64,000 bases of DNA from Myxococcales bacterium (GCA_016720545.1 JADKKK010000003.1:473516-537515), one strand, 5' to 3'; positions 9,749-19,327 are shown, counted from the stretch's first letter. Numbers and translations are program-made. The notes: a model not told the origin generated them from the letters alone.

Positions 9749-10057
9749 TCACTTCGGGCGAGCGAGCTTGGCGATGAGGTGGGTCTCTCGAGCGCCGAGC
9801 AGGCCGAACTGGACGCCCATCCCACCGTCGCGCTCCCAGCGGACGCGCGCGGGTAGAGTGGACGTCTCCGCGGCGCCGGGCAGCACCACCATGATGTCGA
9901 GGTCGCTGTTGAACGGCGCCGGCGTCGAGGTCTCGATGAACATGCCGCCGATGCTCAGGTCTCGACCGCGACCTTCGTGCAGCTCGGGCTTGCCTCTCAC
10001 CATGAACGTGAGCGGCACATCGATGTTCGAGCGCCCGAATTGACGGTGTTCTGCCAC
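9749..10057 (-). CDS. PilZ domain protein (c-di-GMP receptor-like), 102 aa.
   Basis: Characteristic RxxxR...D/NxSxGG signature: QFGRSNIDVPLTF...GRGRDLSIGGMFIET. Confidence 0.75.
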   Translation of the reverse strand: MAEHRQFGRSNIDVPLTFMVRGKPELHEGRGRDLSIGGMFIETSTPAPFNSDLDIMVVLPGAAETSTLPARVRWERDGGMGVQFGLLGARETHLIAKLARPK

Positions 10058-10062
10058 GGTTC

Positions 10063-11163
10063 GTGGATGCTACCATTTGCGCCGTGGAGGCCGAGGAGCG
10101 AAAGAGAGAGAGAGGGACATCTTCCCGCGGGCCGAAGGCGCGCGACGCGGCGCCGCTCCCTCCGGCCGTGGTGGCTGCCCTCTCGGCGGCGAAATCCACC
10201 GACGCGACGGGGCGCCCTTCGGCGACGGGTGGGCGCGCGCTCGCGCTCGTGCCCGTGGTCGTGATGCTCACGCTCGCGGCGCTGCTTTTTCCTCGCGCCG
10301 TGCCGCCTCAGGAGCTCCCCCTGCCGCGCGTGGACGTCCGCGCCCTCGAGGCCACGGCCGAGCGGGACGCGGACTACGCGCGCTTGGCCGAGCGGGGCCT
10401 CTCCGACGACACCCGTGTGCTGGGGACGAAGCTCCGGGCCTTCAACAACCTTCAAGCCAGCTCGGCCGACGAGAGCGCCATGATCGCGGGCCGGGCGGCG
10501 CTGAACCACGCGATCGCCGCCGTGCTCGAGCGCTCGCCGGCCGAGCTCAAGCTGCTCCGCGCCGCGCAGGTGACCCTGTTCCTTCGGGCGGTCGCCGACT
10601 TCGAGGCGACTGGGGTCGAGGGCGACGAGCTCATCGCTCTCGGCGGAACGTTCGTGTCGCGCCTGCGCGCGGTCGGTTGGATCAAGGAGCGCACCGTACT
10701 TCCCGACGCCGCCGTACGCGCCGCCCTCTACAAGCTCATGTGGGGCGCGACGCTCAACCTCACAGCGGACGCGACCCTCGACCTCTCACTCGACGAGCAG
10801 CGCGCGGTGCATGCATTTTACATCCTTCACCCGCACCCGTCCGACGCGCGCCGCACCGGCCTCGCCGCGGCGTGGGCCGCCGCGCACGCCGCGAGCTCCC
10901 CCGCGGCCGCCTGCGAGGAGGCGAGGCTCGCGGAGATCGCGGCCACGGAAGAGTGGCGACTCGAAAAGGTGCGCAAGCTTGGCACGCTCGACCCCGACTA
11001 CCCCACGAGCTTCGCGCTGGGGATTGGCCTCTATCGCCAGCGGAAATACGCGGCCTCGGCGGAGGCCTTCCGTGACTGGCTGCGCGAGCACCCGACCGGC
11101 CCCCTCGCGCTGCGCGCGCAGAACCACCTCAAGGCGGCGATCGTGGCCGACTCGTCGCCCTAG
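10063..11163 (+). CDS. Hypothetical membrane-associated protein, 366 aa.
   Basis: Long ORF with a TM segment (LALVPVVVMLTLAALLF) and coding-like GC3. Its TAG stop abuts the CTAG of the downstream MITE-like element. Confidence 0.55.
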   Translation: MDATICAVEAEERKRERGTSSRGPKARDAAPLPPAVVAALSAAKSTDATGRPSATGGRALALVPVVVMLTLAALLFPRAVPPQELPLPRVDVRALEATAERDADYARLAERGLSDDTRVLGTKLRAFNNLQASSADESAMIAGRAALNHAIAAVLERSPAELKLLRAAQVTLFLRAVADFEATGVEGDELIALGGTFVSRLRAVGWIKERTVLPDAAVRAALYKLMWGATLNLTADATLDLSLDEQRAVHAFYILHPHPSDARRTGLAAAWAAAHAASSPAAACEEARLAEIAATEEWRLEKVRKLGTLDPDYPTSFALGIGLYRQRKYAASAEAFRDWLREHPTGPLALRAQNHLKAAIVADSSP

Positions 11164-11323
11164 CTAGAGCGCCGAACCGCTTGATTCGGTCGGCCTTTCG
11201 CCGATTTACGTCGCCGTACTTCGTTGCTCCTCCTCGCCTAGCAGCAGTAGGACTCGTCGTCGCGCCCCGCACGGCTCGCAACTCGGCGAAAATCCTCGGT
11301 CATCAAGCGGTTCGGCGCTCTAG
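11164..11323. mobile_element. MITE-like element (160 bp) with perfect 22-bp terminal inverted repeats.
   Basis: CTAGAGCGCCGAACCGCTTGAT at 11164-11185 and its exact reverse complement ATCAAGCGGTTCGGCGCTCTAG at 11302-11323, read directly from the sequence. There is no internal ORF. It lies in the convergent intergenic gap directly after a stop codon. Confidence 0.6.
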
Positions 11324-11446
11324 AAAGGGTCGCCTCGTCTCCTCCGAGCGAGAGGCCGTCGTCCACCCGACCTTGAAGGGCGTCCAGGGCCGCGCGGGCT
11401 CCGCCAGTTACGCGGTCCAGCCGTTCAAGCCTGGACGGGCGGTGGC

Positions 11447-12775
11447 TCACGAGCCCTCGGGGGGGTCGCACGGCGGCGTGGACGTGGACGTGGACGGAGG
11501 CGCGGGCGCGGGCGCGGGCGCGGGTGCAGGCGCCGGCGCGGGCACCGCGGTGGGGTCGGCGGGGGCTCGCTCTTCGCACGCGGCGGGCTGGGTCGAGACC
11601 CTCGCCCCGCGCACCGTGAGGCTGCCCGCGTAGGAGAGTTGGCGCGCGAAGAGCGCGCCGTCGATCGTCGCGTTGCCCGCAAAGGACACCTCGGCCTCGG
11701 GCGCGTACACGAGCCCATGGAACGCCTCCCTTCCGGCGAGCGTGAGCTTCGCGTTCTTGCCGCCCACGTAGAGGCGGAGCGCCTCGGGCCGCGTGGGATC
11801 GCCGAACGACGCCCGCCCGACCGTCGTCAGCGTACCGTCCACGAACATGTCCAGCGTCGCCCCCGCGCCGAGCACGATCTGGCCCTCGCCGATCGTGGTC
11901 AGGTCGCCCTCCAGGTAGAGCTGCACCGCGCCTTCGATCCGCAAGCTCGTGCCGCGCAGCTCGCCCGCACCTGAGAAGTAGTAGCGGCCGTCGCGCAGCG
12001 TGAGTGGCGCGCCCTTCGCCACGATGCGCGCGTCGGTGCCGAGCCCCGCGCGCGCGTTGTCGTTCGCGCCGCGGGCGGCTCGCACCGCGCCGGCCACGTC
12101 GTAGAGAGCGCCGGGATCGCACGCGCACGGCGGCGCCCCCGGATCGACGTACGCGCCGCGGGCTCCGGCGACCTGGCGCCCGGCGAACGACGTGGGCTCG
12201 GGAGTGCGGAGCGTGCCGCCTACGCGGAGGGAGCCCGCGCCCGAGAGCCGCCCACCGACGGCGAGGTCCGCGCCGACCGTGAGATCGCCCGCGCCCGACA
12301 GATCGCCCCCGGCGAGCGCGTGATCTCGCACGTCGAGGTCGCCGGCGAAGGACACGTCCGCCCCCGAGCGCAGGCTGCCGTCGATGCGGGTGCCGGACGC
12401 GAACGAGAGGCGACCGACGACGCCGACATCCGCGGTCTCGCCGGGTCGGGCGATGGTCGTGAGCTTGCCGGCGTGCGACATCGCGCCGCACACGCACACC
12501 GCGGCCTGCGCGAACAGCGCAGGCGCCGGGCTGCAGTGGGTCGTGAGCGCGGGAGGGCGTGGCCTCGGCGGGGCCGCGTACGAGAGCCCGCCGCTCTTCC
12601 CAACGCCCTGCGCCGCGCCGCTCTCCTCCACCTCTCCGCCGACGCGAATCGAACACGCCGACGCGAGGGTGAGCGCGGCGAGCGGCGCGAGCGACCAGAC
12701 TCGCGAGACGCGCGGGGCGTGCGAGGTTCCCGCGACGGACGTTGAGCGATGGGGAGCAAGCTTGAAGGGGCGCAT
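11447..12775 (-). CDS. Secreted repeat protein with Gly/Asp-rich beta-helix-like repeats and a C-terminal (PA)7 tract, 443 aa.
   Basis: Signal peptide MRPFKLAPHRSTSVAGTSHAPRVSRVWSLAPLAALTLASACS. Repeats include SGAGDLTVGADLAVGGRLSGAGSLRVGGTL. The C-terminal PAPAPAPAPAPAPAP is encoded by a (GCGGGC)n hexamer. ATG at 12775 was checked on the sequence. Confidence 0.6.
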   Translation of the reverse strand: MRPFKLAPHRSTSVAGTSHAPRVSRVWSLAPLAALTLASACSIRVGGEVEESGAAQGVGKSGGLSYAAPPRPRPPALTTHCSPAPALFAQAAVCVCGAMSHAGKLTTIARPGETADVGVVGRLSFASGTRIDGSLRSGADVSFAGDLDVRDHALAGGDLSGAGDLTVGADLAVGGRLSGAGSLRVGGTLRTPEPTSFAGRQVAGARGAYVDPGAPPCACDPGALYDVAGAVRAARGANDNARAGLGTDARIVAKGAPLTLRDGRYYFSGAGELRGTSLRIEGAVQLYLEGDLTTIGEGQIVLGAGATLDMFVDGTLTTVGRASFGDPTRPEALRLYVGGKNAKLTLAGREAFHGLVYAPEAEVSFAGNATIDGALFARQLSYAGSLTVRGARVSTQPAACEERAPADPTAVPAPAPAPAPAPAPAPPSTSTSTPPCDPPEGS

Positions 12776-12968
12776 CGGGTTCCTTTGGGTGAGGGGTCGA
12801 CCCTCCTTTCGCACGCTGCGTGCCACCGCCCTCGCCGCGCAGCGCCCAGGTTTGCGCAGGTTTCTTGGTTCGGCCGCGTCGCCGCCGTCGCGCGGACCGC
12901 CGGAGCGCCCGCGTGCCCGCGTCACCGGCGACGCGGTCGCTCACGTCTCGGTCGGGCCTTGACAGTGC

Positions 12969-12980
12969 GAACGATCGTTC
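12969..12980. promoter_or_regulatory. Perfect 12-bp palindrome GAACGATCGTTC, a candidate TetR operator.
   Basis: Read directly; it lies 13 nt upstream of the GTG start of the TetR gene at 12993. Confidence 0.4.
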
Positions 12981-12992
12981 TATTAATGGGGG

Positions 12993-13595
12993 GTGGGCAA
13001 AGGGGAAAAGACCCGAGCGACGATCCTCGAGATGGCCCTCGCCGACGCGAGCGAGCGCGGGCTCGAGGGCCTCAGCATCGGCGGCCTGGCCGGGCGCGCC
13101 AACATGTCGAAGAGCGGGCTCTTCGCCCACTTCGGCTCGAAGGACGAGCTCCAGCTCGCCGTCCTTGCCGAGGCCGTCGACCGCTTCGTCGAATTCGTGA
13201 TGGCCCCCGCCTTGAAGGAGCCCCGGGGCGAGCCGCGGTTCCGCGCGCTCTTCGAGCGTTGGCTGCTCTGGGCACGTCAACCCTTCCAGCCGGGCGGGTG
13301 CATCTTCCTCGCGGCGGCCGTCGAGCTCGACGACCGCCCCGGCCACGCGCGCGATCGCCTGGTGGCGTCACAGCGCGACTGGCTCGACGTGCTCGCGAAC
13401 GCGGCGCGCATCGCGGTGGAGGAGGGGCACTTCCGCCGCGACCTCGACGTCGAGCAGCTCGCCTTCGAGATGTACGCCATGGCGCAGGGCTTCCACCAGC
13501 TCGAGCGCCTCATGCGCGACCCTCGCGCCGAGTCGCGCGCCCGCACCGCCTTCGAGCGCTTGATGTGCGACGCACGTGCCAGGCCCCGCAGCTGA
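12993..13595 (+). CDS. TetR/AcrR family transcriptional regulator.
   Basis: N-terminal helix-turn-helix (TRATILEMALADASERGLEGLSIGGLAGRANMSKSGLFAHFGSKDELQLAVL). GTG start. Confidence 0.8.
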   Translation: MGKGEKTRATILEMALADASERGLEGLSIGGLAGRANMSKSGLFAHFGSKDELQLAVLAEAVDRFVEFVMAPALKEPRGEPRFRALFERWLLWARQPFQPGGCIFLAAAVELDDRPGHARDRLVASQRDWLDVLANAARIAVEEGHFRRDLDVEQLAFEMYAMAQGFHQLERLMRDPRAESRARTAFERLMCDARARPRS

Positions 13596-13693
13596 CCGCA
13601 CGCCTCGTCGTAGCCAGCCTTGCGGCTGCCACGGTCGGCCCCGCGTCCCACGTCTCTAGCCCCAATCCCTAGCCCCCCTCTTGGAGGAGCCCC

Positions 13694-14620
13694 ATGTCGA
13701 CCCATCCACACCTGCAAAATAGAACGAACGGTCGGACTCTGATCGCTCGAGAACTGCTTGCGCTCGGCGACGCCATGGCACCCAAACTCGTGGGCTCCTG
13801 GGCGGCAGCGAGGTTCTTCTCGCCGGCGCGCCGGCGGCGGCCCGCGTGGGAGGCCGCCGTCCTCGCGAGTGGGCGGCGGGGCGCCGTGCGCGCGCCGGAG
13901 GGCTCGCTGCCGACCTGGACCTGGGGCGCAGGGCCGAGCGTGGTGCTCGTGCACGGCTGGGAGGGTCGTGGCAGCCAGCTCGGCGCGGTGGTCGACACGC
14001 TCGTCGCCGGGGGGCGCTCGGTCGTCGCGTTCGACGCGCCGGGCCACGGCGACGCCCCGGGTCGCACCGCGTCGGTCATCGAGCTCGCGCGCGCCCTCAC
14101 GCTCGTCGCGACGCAGACGCCGGACGTCGAGGCGATCGTCGCGCACTCTCTGGGCGCGGCGGCCACGATGGTCGCGCTCGCCCGCGCCGACCTGGCTCGG
14201 AAGGCCGTGTTCGTCGCGCCACCTCTCGCCGCGGCGCCTTGGGCCGACGGATTCGCGAGGCGCGTCGGCCTGCCCGAGCGCGTGGAGCGCGCGTTCCGGC
14301 GTGGCCTCGTGGAGCGCCTCGGCGTGCCCGTCGAGACCATCGACGCGCGCGTGCTGCGGCCTCTCGGCGCCGTCGACCTGCTCGTCGTCCACGACGCCAC
14401 CGACCGCGAGGTGCCCGTGGAGCTCGGTCGCGAGGTGGCCTCCGCCTGGGGCGGCCGGCTCGTGGAGACGCGAGGTCTCGGGCACCGCCGGATCCTCCGC
14501 AGCCCGCGCCTCGCCGACGAGGTCGTGGCCTTCCTCTCCGGGCGAGCGCCAGAGGGGCCGCAGGCCGAGCTCGAGGGAGAGCTCTTCCACCGCGAGCGCC
14601 GCTGGGACGGTCTGCACTGA
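13694..14620 (+). CDS. Alpha/beta-fold hydrolase.
   Basis: VVLVHGWEG, the nucleophile elbow AHSLGAA, and an Asp/His region. Co-directional and immediately downstream of the TetR gene. Confidence 0.8.
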   Translation: MSTHPHLQNRTNGRTLIARELLALGDAMAPKLVGSWAAARFFSPARRRRPAWEAAVLASGRRGAVRAPEGSLPTWTWGAGPSVVLVHGWEGRGSQLGAVVDTLVAGGRSVVAFDAPGHGDAPGRTASVIELARALTLVATQTPDVEAIVAHSLGAAATMVALARADLARKAVFVAPPLAAAPWADGFARRVGLPERVERAFRRGLVERLGVPVETIDARVLRPLGAVDLLVVHDATDREVPVELGREVASAWGGRLVETRGLGHRRILRSPRLADEVVAFLSGRAPEGPQAELEGELFHRERRWDGLH

Positions 14621-14715
14621 GCGCCCGACGGCGTGTCAGGCGCCGGCGCGATTGAACGGTCAAGCGGACGGCGCGCCGCGAAAGGTTCCCGGGAATCGAC
14701 GCGGGAGCCGCCTCG

Positions 14716-15270
14716 CTACGGCTCGTCGGGCTCGTCGCCGGCGCTCGGCGTGGCGGCTCGCGCGCCGGTCGCCGTGTAGGCCTGCGCGCACCTCGGCTTC
14801 GAACCGCCCTGCGTCTGCACGGTGACGTGGAACGGCGTGGTTGGCTGCGCCGCCCCCACGTACGTGGCCGCGAGCCTGTCGCAGGTGGGTGGGGTGCCGA
14901 GCGGGCCGACCTGGCACACGATCATGCGGGGCTCCTTCGAGGGATCGCCCTTCGGCGGCCCCGCGTCGGCGATCTCGCGGATGAGATCGCCCATACGGGC
15001 GGGGTCGAACACCATCGCCTCCTGGCAGCCGGCCTTGCGGAGCTCCTTCGTGCCGGGCGCCGTGCGCGCCTCTTCGGCCATCTTCGACCCCTCCCCGATG
15101 ACCCGCGCGATCTTCTTGCCCTCGGGTGACGACATCACGCGCCACGCGCCGATCGCCACGAGGATCACGCCGACGACCACGAGCGCCGCGAGCACCATCA
15201 CGGCGATCAGGCACCCGCTCATCCCCTTCTTTGGTTGAACCGGCTGACCGTGGCCTTGCGGATGCTGCAC
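14716..15270 (-). CDS. Membrane-anchored hypothetical protein, 184 aa.
   Basis: GTG start preceded by a strong AAGGAG RBS 6 nt upstream. TM CLIAVMVLAALVVVGVILVAIGA. Confidence 0.65.
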   Translation of the reverse strand: MQHPQGHGQPVQPKKGMSGCLIAVMVLAALVVVGVILVAIGAWRVMSSPEGKKIARVIGEGSKMAEEARTAPGTKELRKAGCQEAMVFDPARMGDLIREIADAGPPKGDPSKEPRMIVCQVGPLGTPPTCDRLAATYVGAAQPTTPFHVTVQTQGGSKPRCAQAYTATGARAATPSAGDEPDEP

Positions 15271-15510
15271 GTGAAGCTCCTTCTCGACGCGACGGCGCGC
15301 CCCCCTCTACGTACAGCGTTCTCCGGCCGCTGAGAACGCCGCCGAGCGCGGTCGCCGGCGCGCTCGCGAGGCTGCGGTGCGCCCCAGGCTGCGCCCTTCG
15401 CTCGCTGCTGCCGATCGTCCCGCTCTTCGCTGCCTTCGCCGCGACCGCCATCACCGCGCGGCGCAGGGCAACCGGTCGAGGTCACCTTGGGGACGACTGA
15501 AGGGCGCGCT

Positions 15511-16482
15511 CTAGCCCGACGACGCGAGCGCAGCCCGCAGCGCGTCCCGGATCGACACGAGGCTCCGCACCCCGAAGAGCGCCACGGACGGCGCGGACGG
15601 ACGAAAGGCCTCGTCGATCCACGCGCCGAGCGTCGCGTCGTCGACGTCCGGCCCCTCGCTCACGCGGGCCTCGAGCCACGCGACGCGATCGCGCGAGGCC
15701 ATGAGCTCGCCACCGAGTCGCACGCGCAACCTCTCGTCTCTCCAAGAGAAAACGGGTCCAATGGCCTCCTCGACGCGCGCCAACGGCGACGGCGCAGTCT
15801 CCACGACGGGCGGCGCGTCGGCGGCCGGGAGCCGCTCCACGGGCAGCCCGAACGCCTCCGCGAGCGCGGCCTCGACGCGCGCGGGATCGACGGCGCCACG
15901 GTCACCGCGAAGCTCGGCGAAGGTCGCGGGGGCGCGCCCACCGTAGGAGAGGCGCGCGGCGTCCGGGAGGGCGCTCGACGCGAGGGACACGAAGGCCTCG
16001 ACGACGGTGCGTCGCGTGCCCGCGTCATGCCCGAACGCGACGAGGCCGACCGGGCGCTTGTCGGCGGAGAGCCAGTCGCGCCCGAAGTAATGGGTGGGCA
16101 CGGCCACGCGGGTCAGCGCGCGGAGGATCGGGCGTACCGCGCGGTTCAGCAGCTGGTCGCACGTCGCCGGCATGAGCGCGCCCGGGTGCGGGAGCGAGAG
16201 CCCTACGTAGAGGACGCCGGGGCCGAGGCGGGCCGACGCGCCGCCCGATGCGCGACGGAAGCGTGGCACGCTCGCGAGCGGCCCCAGATCTTCACGCTGC
16301 ATCGGTGGAGGCGCGGGCTGAAACGCGCCGAGGAGCAGGGCCTCGCGCGCGGGCCACGCCACCAGGAGGCGAGGCGAGGCCGAGGCGTCGTCGAGGGCGC
16401 GCTGGGAGAACGCCGCGACCGCGGCCGGCGAGGGCGCGTGGGGCGTGGGGTCGTGGGCGTCGTCGCGCGAGGGAGCGTTCAC
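15511..16482 (-). CDS. Lipoate-protein ligase / octanoyltransferase family (BPL/LPL catalytic domain) protein.
   Basis: FRRASGGASARLGPGVLYVGLSLP matches the LplA/LipB RRxSGGGAVxHDxGxLxxSL motif. The start position is uncertain. Confidence 0.6.
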   Translation of the reverse strand: MNAPSRDDAHDPTPHAPSPAAVAAFSQRALDDASASPRLLVAWPAREALLLGAFQPAPPPMQREDLGPLASVPRFRRASGGASARLGPGVLYVGLSLPHPGALMPATCDQLLNRAVRPILRALTRVAVPTHYFGRDWLSADKRPVGLVAFGHDAGTRRTVVEAFVSLASSALPDAARLSYGGRAPATFAELRGDRGAVDPARVEAALAEAFGLPVERLPAADAPPVVETAPSPLARVEEAIGPVFSWRDERLRVRLGGELMASRDRVAWLEARVSEGPDVDDATLGAWIDEAFRPSAPSVALFGVRSLVSIRDALRAALASSG

Positions 16483-16582
16483 GCCGCACCTCTAGCACTC
16501 GGCCGTCGCGTCGCGCGCCTTGGACGCGCCCGCCAGCGCGCGCGAGCGTGGCGACCGGCCGCCCGATGGGCGAAGATGGGGC

Positions 16583-17950
16583 ATGACCAAGCTCGCGTCG
16601 AGCTCCGGCGACACCTGCGTACGGCTCCTCCAGGACCTCATCCGGCAGCCCACCGTGAACCGCGGCACGGGCGGGGAGGACGACGGTCACGAGCACCTCT
16701 GCGCCTCGCGCCTCGCGGACTTCGCGCGCGACGCCGGGCTCGAGCCCAAGACGTTCGCGAAGGTGAAGAACCGCGACAACCTGGTGGTGAGGCTCCGCGG
16801 CTCGGGCGCGAAGCCGCCGCTGCTCCTCAACGCCCACACCGACGTCGTCGAGGCCGACGCCGCCCGCTGGACTCACCCGCCCTTCGGCGGAGAGATCCAC
16901 GACGGGTACCTCTGGGGTCGCGGGGCCATCGACATGAAGCACATGGCGGCGATGAGCGCCTGCGTGCTCGCGCGGCTGAAGGAAGAGGGCGTGCCGCTCG
17001 AGCGCGACGTCATCTTCGCCGCCGTCGCCGACGAGGAGGCGGGGTGCGGCCTCGGCAGCACGTACCTCGTGGACGACCACCCCGACGAAGTACGTGCAGA
17101 GTACATGCTCGGCGAGGTGGGCGCGTTCTCGCTGAACCTGCTCGGCAAGGTCTTCTACCCCGTGCAGGTCGCGGAGAAGGGCGCCGTGTGGCTGCGCGCC
17201 ACGTACACGGGCGCTCCGGGCCACGGCTCCATGCCGGACCCGAACAGCGCGGTCGTGCGGCTCGCCGAGGCCATCGCGAGGCTTGGGCGCACGCGCCTGC
17301 CCATGCACCCCGTGCCCGTCGTGACCGACTTCGTCACGCGGCTCGCCGCGTCGCTGCCGTTCCCGCAGAGCCAGGCGCTGAAGCGCCTCACCACACCCCA
17401 GATCGCCGGGCTCATCCTCGACTACCTCGTGAAGGATCCCGACCAGCGGCGGAGCTTCGGCGCGATGCTCTCCAGCACCGCGTCGCCCACGGTGGTGCGC
17501 GCCGGCCACAAGGTGAACGTGATCCCGGGCCGCGCGAGCGTGGAGATCGACGGTCGCACGCTGCCAGGCCAGTCCGAGCTCGCCTTCCTGGCAGAGCTCC
17601 GCGAGCTGCTCGGGCCCGACGCCGAGGTCGAGGTGCTCCGATCGCTCCCCGCCGTGGAGACCGATCCGACGACGCCGCTTTACGGCCACCTCGAGCGCAT
17701 GCTCCGGAAGCATGACCCGCTAGGTGAGCCACTTCCCTACATGGTGGTGGGGTTCACCGACGCGAAGGCCTACGCCCGATTGGGCACCCATTGCTACGGG
17801 TTCGCGCCCGTAAAATTCGACCCCACGCACGAGATCAGCTTCCAGAAGATGTACCACGGCCACGACGAGCGCGTGCCGGTGGACGGCCTCGCGTGGGGTC
17901 TCGAGGTGCTCTACGAGACCGTCCGCGACTTCTGCGCGCCTCGCCGCTGA
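16583..17950 (+). CDS. M20 family metallopeptidase (ArgE/DapE/CPG2-like).
   Basis: NAHTDVV, GRGAIDMKH, and the ADEEAG metal ligands. ATG at 16583 (MTKLASSS) chosen over an upstream in-frame ATG. Confidence 0.8.
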   Translation: MTKLASSSGDTCVRLLQDLIRQPTVNRGTGGEDDGHEHLCASRLADFARDAGLEPKTFAKVKNRDNLVVRLRGSGAKPPLLLNAHTDVVEADAARWTHPPFGGEIHDGYLWGRGAIDMKHMAAMSACVLARLKEEGVPLERDVIFAAVADEEAGCGLGSTYLVDDHPDEVRAEYMLGEVGAFSLNLLGKVFYPVQVAEKGAVWLRATYTGAPGHGSMPDPNSAVVRLAEAIARLGRTRLPMHPVPVVTDFVTRLAASLPFPQSQALKRLTTPQIAGLILDYLVKDPDQRRSFGAMLSSTASPTVVRAGHKVNVIPGRASVEIDGRTLPGQSELAFLAELRELLGPDAEVEVLRSLPAVETDPTTPLYGHLERMLRKHDPLGEPLPYMVVGFTDAKAYARLGTHCYGFAPVKFDPTHEISFQKMYHGHDERVPVDGLAWGLEVLYETVRDFCAPRR

Positions 17951-18087
17951 CGTGTCTTGCCGTGCTGGTGGGAACCCGATAAAACCGAAGCCTCACGTTT
18001 CAGCGGGTGCGTTTCGGGCTCTCCCACGGCGGGAACACGAACCGGCTCGAGGTCATATGCGCGTGCGCGTGCCCGCGGAGGACTCGG

Positions 18088-18570
18088 ATGGCTAATCCCC
18101 AGATGGTGATGTACGAGGAGGAGTTCAATCAGATCCAAGCGGTCGTGGACCGTCTGGTCAAGGACGCGAACGCCAAGGTCGTCTTCATCGTCGACAAGAA
18201 CGGGCAGCTCATCGCGGCGAGCGGCGACGTCGACAACCTCGACACCACGAGCCTCGCCTCGCTCACGGCGGGCAACATCGCGGCGACCGGCGGCATGGCC
18301 AAGCTCCTGAAGGAGAACGAGTTCGCCACTCAGTTTCACGAGGGGGAGAAGGCCAACATCCACATCCAGCTCGTGGGCAACCGGGTGATCCTGGTGGTCA
18401 TCTTCGACTCGCGGTCGAGCCTCGGGCTCGTGCGTCTCCGCGTGAAGAAGGCGAGCGAGGAGCTCAACCACATCTTCGAAGCGCTCCTCAAGAAGGTGGC
18501 GGAGCCCGGGGCAGACTCGCCCTTCGCGGAGATCACCGACGAAGACATCGACAACCTCTTCAACGACTGA
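18088..18570 (+). CDS. mglB: MglB, a Roadblock/LC7-domain GTPase-activating protein for MglA.
   Basis: Roadblock/LC7 fold sequence (KVVFIVDKNGQLIAASGDVDNLDTTSLASLTAGNIAATGGMAKLL) directly upstream of mglA. GGAGGA RBS 7 nt before ATG 18088. Confidence 0.85.
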   Translation: MANPQMVMYEEEFNQIQAVVDRLVKDANAKVVFIVDKNGQLIAASGDVDNLDTTSLASLTAGNIAATGGMAKLLKENEFATQFHEGEKANIHIQLVGNRVILVVIFDSRSSLGLVRLRVKKASEELNHIFEALLKKVAEPGADSPFAEITDEDIDNLFND

Positions 18571-18588
18571 TCGCGGAGGAGAGGACCA

Positions 18589-19179
18589 ATGAGCTTCATC
18601 AACTACATGGCGCGCGAGATCAACTGCAAGTTGGTCTACTACGGCCCGGGCCTGTGCGGAAAGACCACGAACCTCCAGTACATCTACGAGCGCACCAACC
18701 CCGACGCGAAGGGCAAGATGATAAGCCTCGCGACGGAGACGGAGCGCACGCTCTTCTTCGACTTCCTGCCGCTTTCGCTGGGCGAAATCCGCGGGTTCAA
18801 GACGCGCTTCCACCTCTACACGGTGCCCGGGCAGGTCTTCTACGACGCCTCGCGGAAGCTCATCTTGAAGGGGGTCGACGGCGTGATCTTCGTCGCCGAC
18901 TCGCAGATCGAGCGCACGGAGGCGAACCTCGAGTCGGTCGAGAACCTTCGCACCAACCTCGCCGAGCAGGGCTACTCGCTCGATAAGCTCCCGTATGTTG
19001 TACAATACAACAAACGCGACCTCCCCAACGTCGGCACCGTGGAGGAGCTCCGCGAGCTCATCAACCCCACCAACGTGCCGGATTTCGAGGCCGTGGCGCG
19101 CACCGGCGTGGGCGTGTTCGACACGCTGAAAGCCGTCGCGAAGCTCGTCCTCACCGAGCTGCGCAAGGGCGGCACCTGA
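18589..19179 (+). CDS. mglA: MglA, the Ras-like small GTPase of mutual gliding motility.
   Basis: Near-identical to Myxococcus MglA: [30 protein letters not shown]...[34 protein letters not shown]...QYNKRDLPN. Confidence 0.95.
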   Translation: MSFINYMAREINCKLVYYGPGLCGKTTNLQYIYERTNPDAKGKMISLATETERTLFFDFLPLSLGEIRGFKTRFHLYTVPGQVFYDASRKLILKGVDGVIFVADSQIERTEANLESVENLRTNLAEQGYSLDKLPYVVQYNKRDLPNVGTVEELRELINPTNVPDFEAVARTGVGVFDTLKAVAKLVLTELRKGGT

Positions 19180-19213
19180 GCCCTCCGCCCACGCGGCGCG
19201 CGGCGAGACCCTC

Positions 19214-19327
19214 ATGCAGACCGTAGGTGGCCCCGTCATTTTCGCGCTGCTGGGCCTCATGCTGCTCATCGCCGCGGGCGCCGTCGTCGCGCTGGCCTCC
19301 GTGCTGTTCTCGCGGAAGAAGAAGTAG
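19214..19327 (+). CDS. Putative small membrane peptide (37 aa): MQTVGGPVIFALLGLMLLIAAGAVVALASVLFSRKKK.
   Basis: Not on the ORF track (<60 aa). High GC3 (33/37 codons), a single TM and a KKK anchor. No clear SD. Confidence 0.3.
   Translation: MQTVGGPVIFALLGLMLLIAAGAVVALASVLFSRKKK

Noticed and set aside
15487-17715. 742-aa plus ORF and 16292..17713 minus ORF
   Set aside because: They overlap the LplA-like and M20 peptidase genes in wrong frames or antisense. The sequence is low-complexity.
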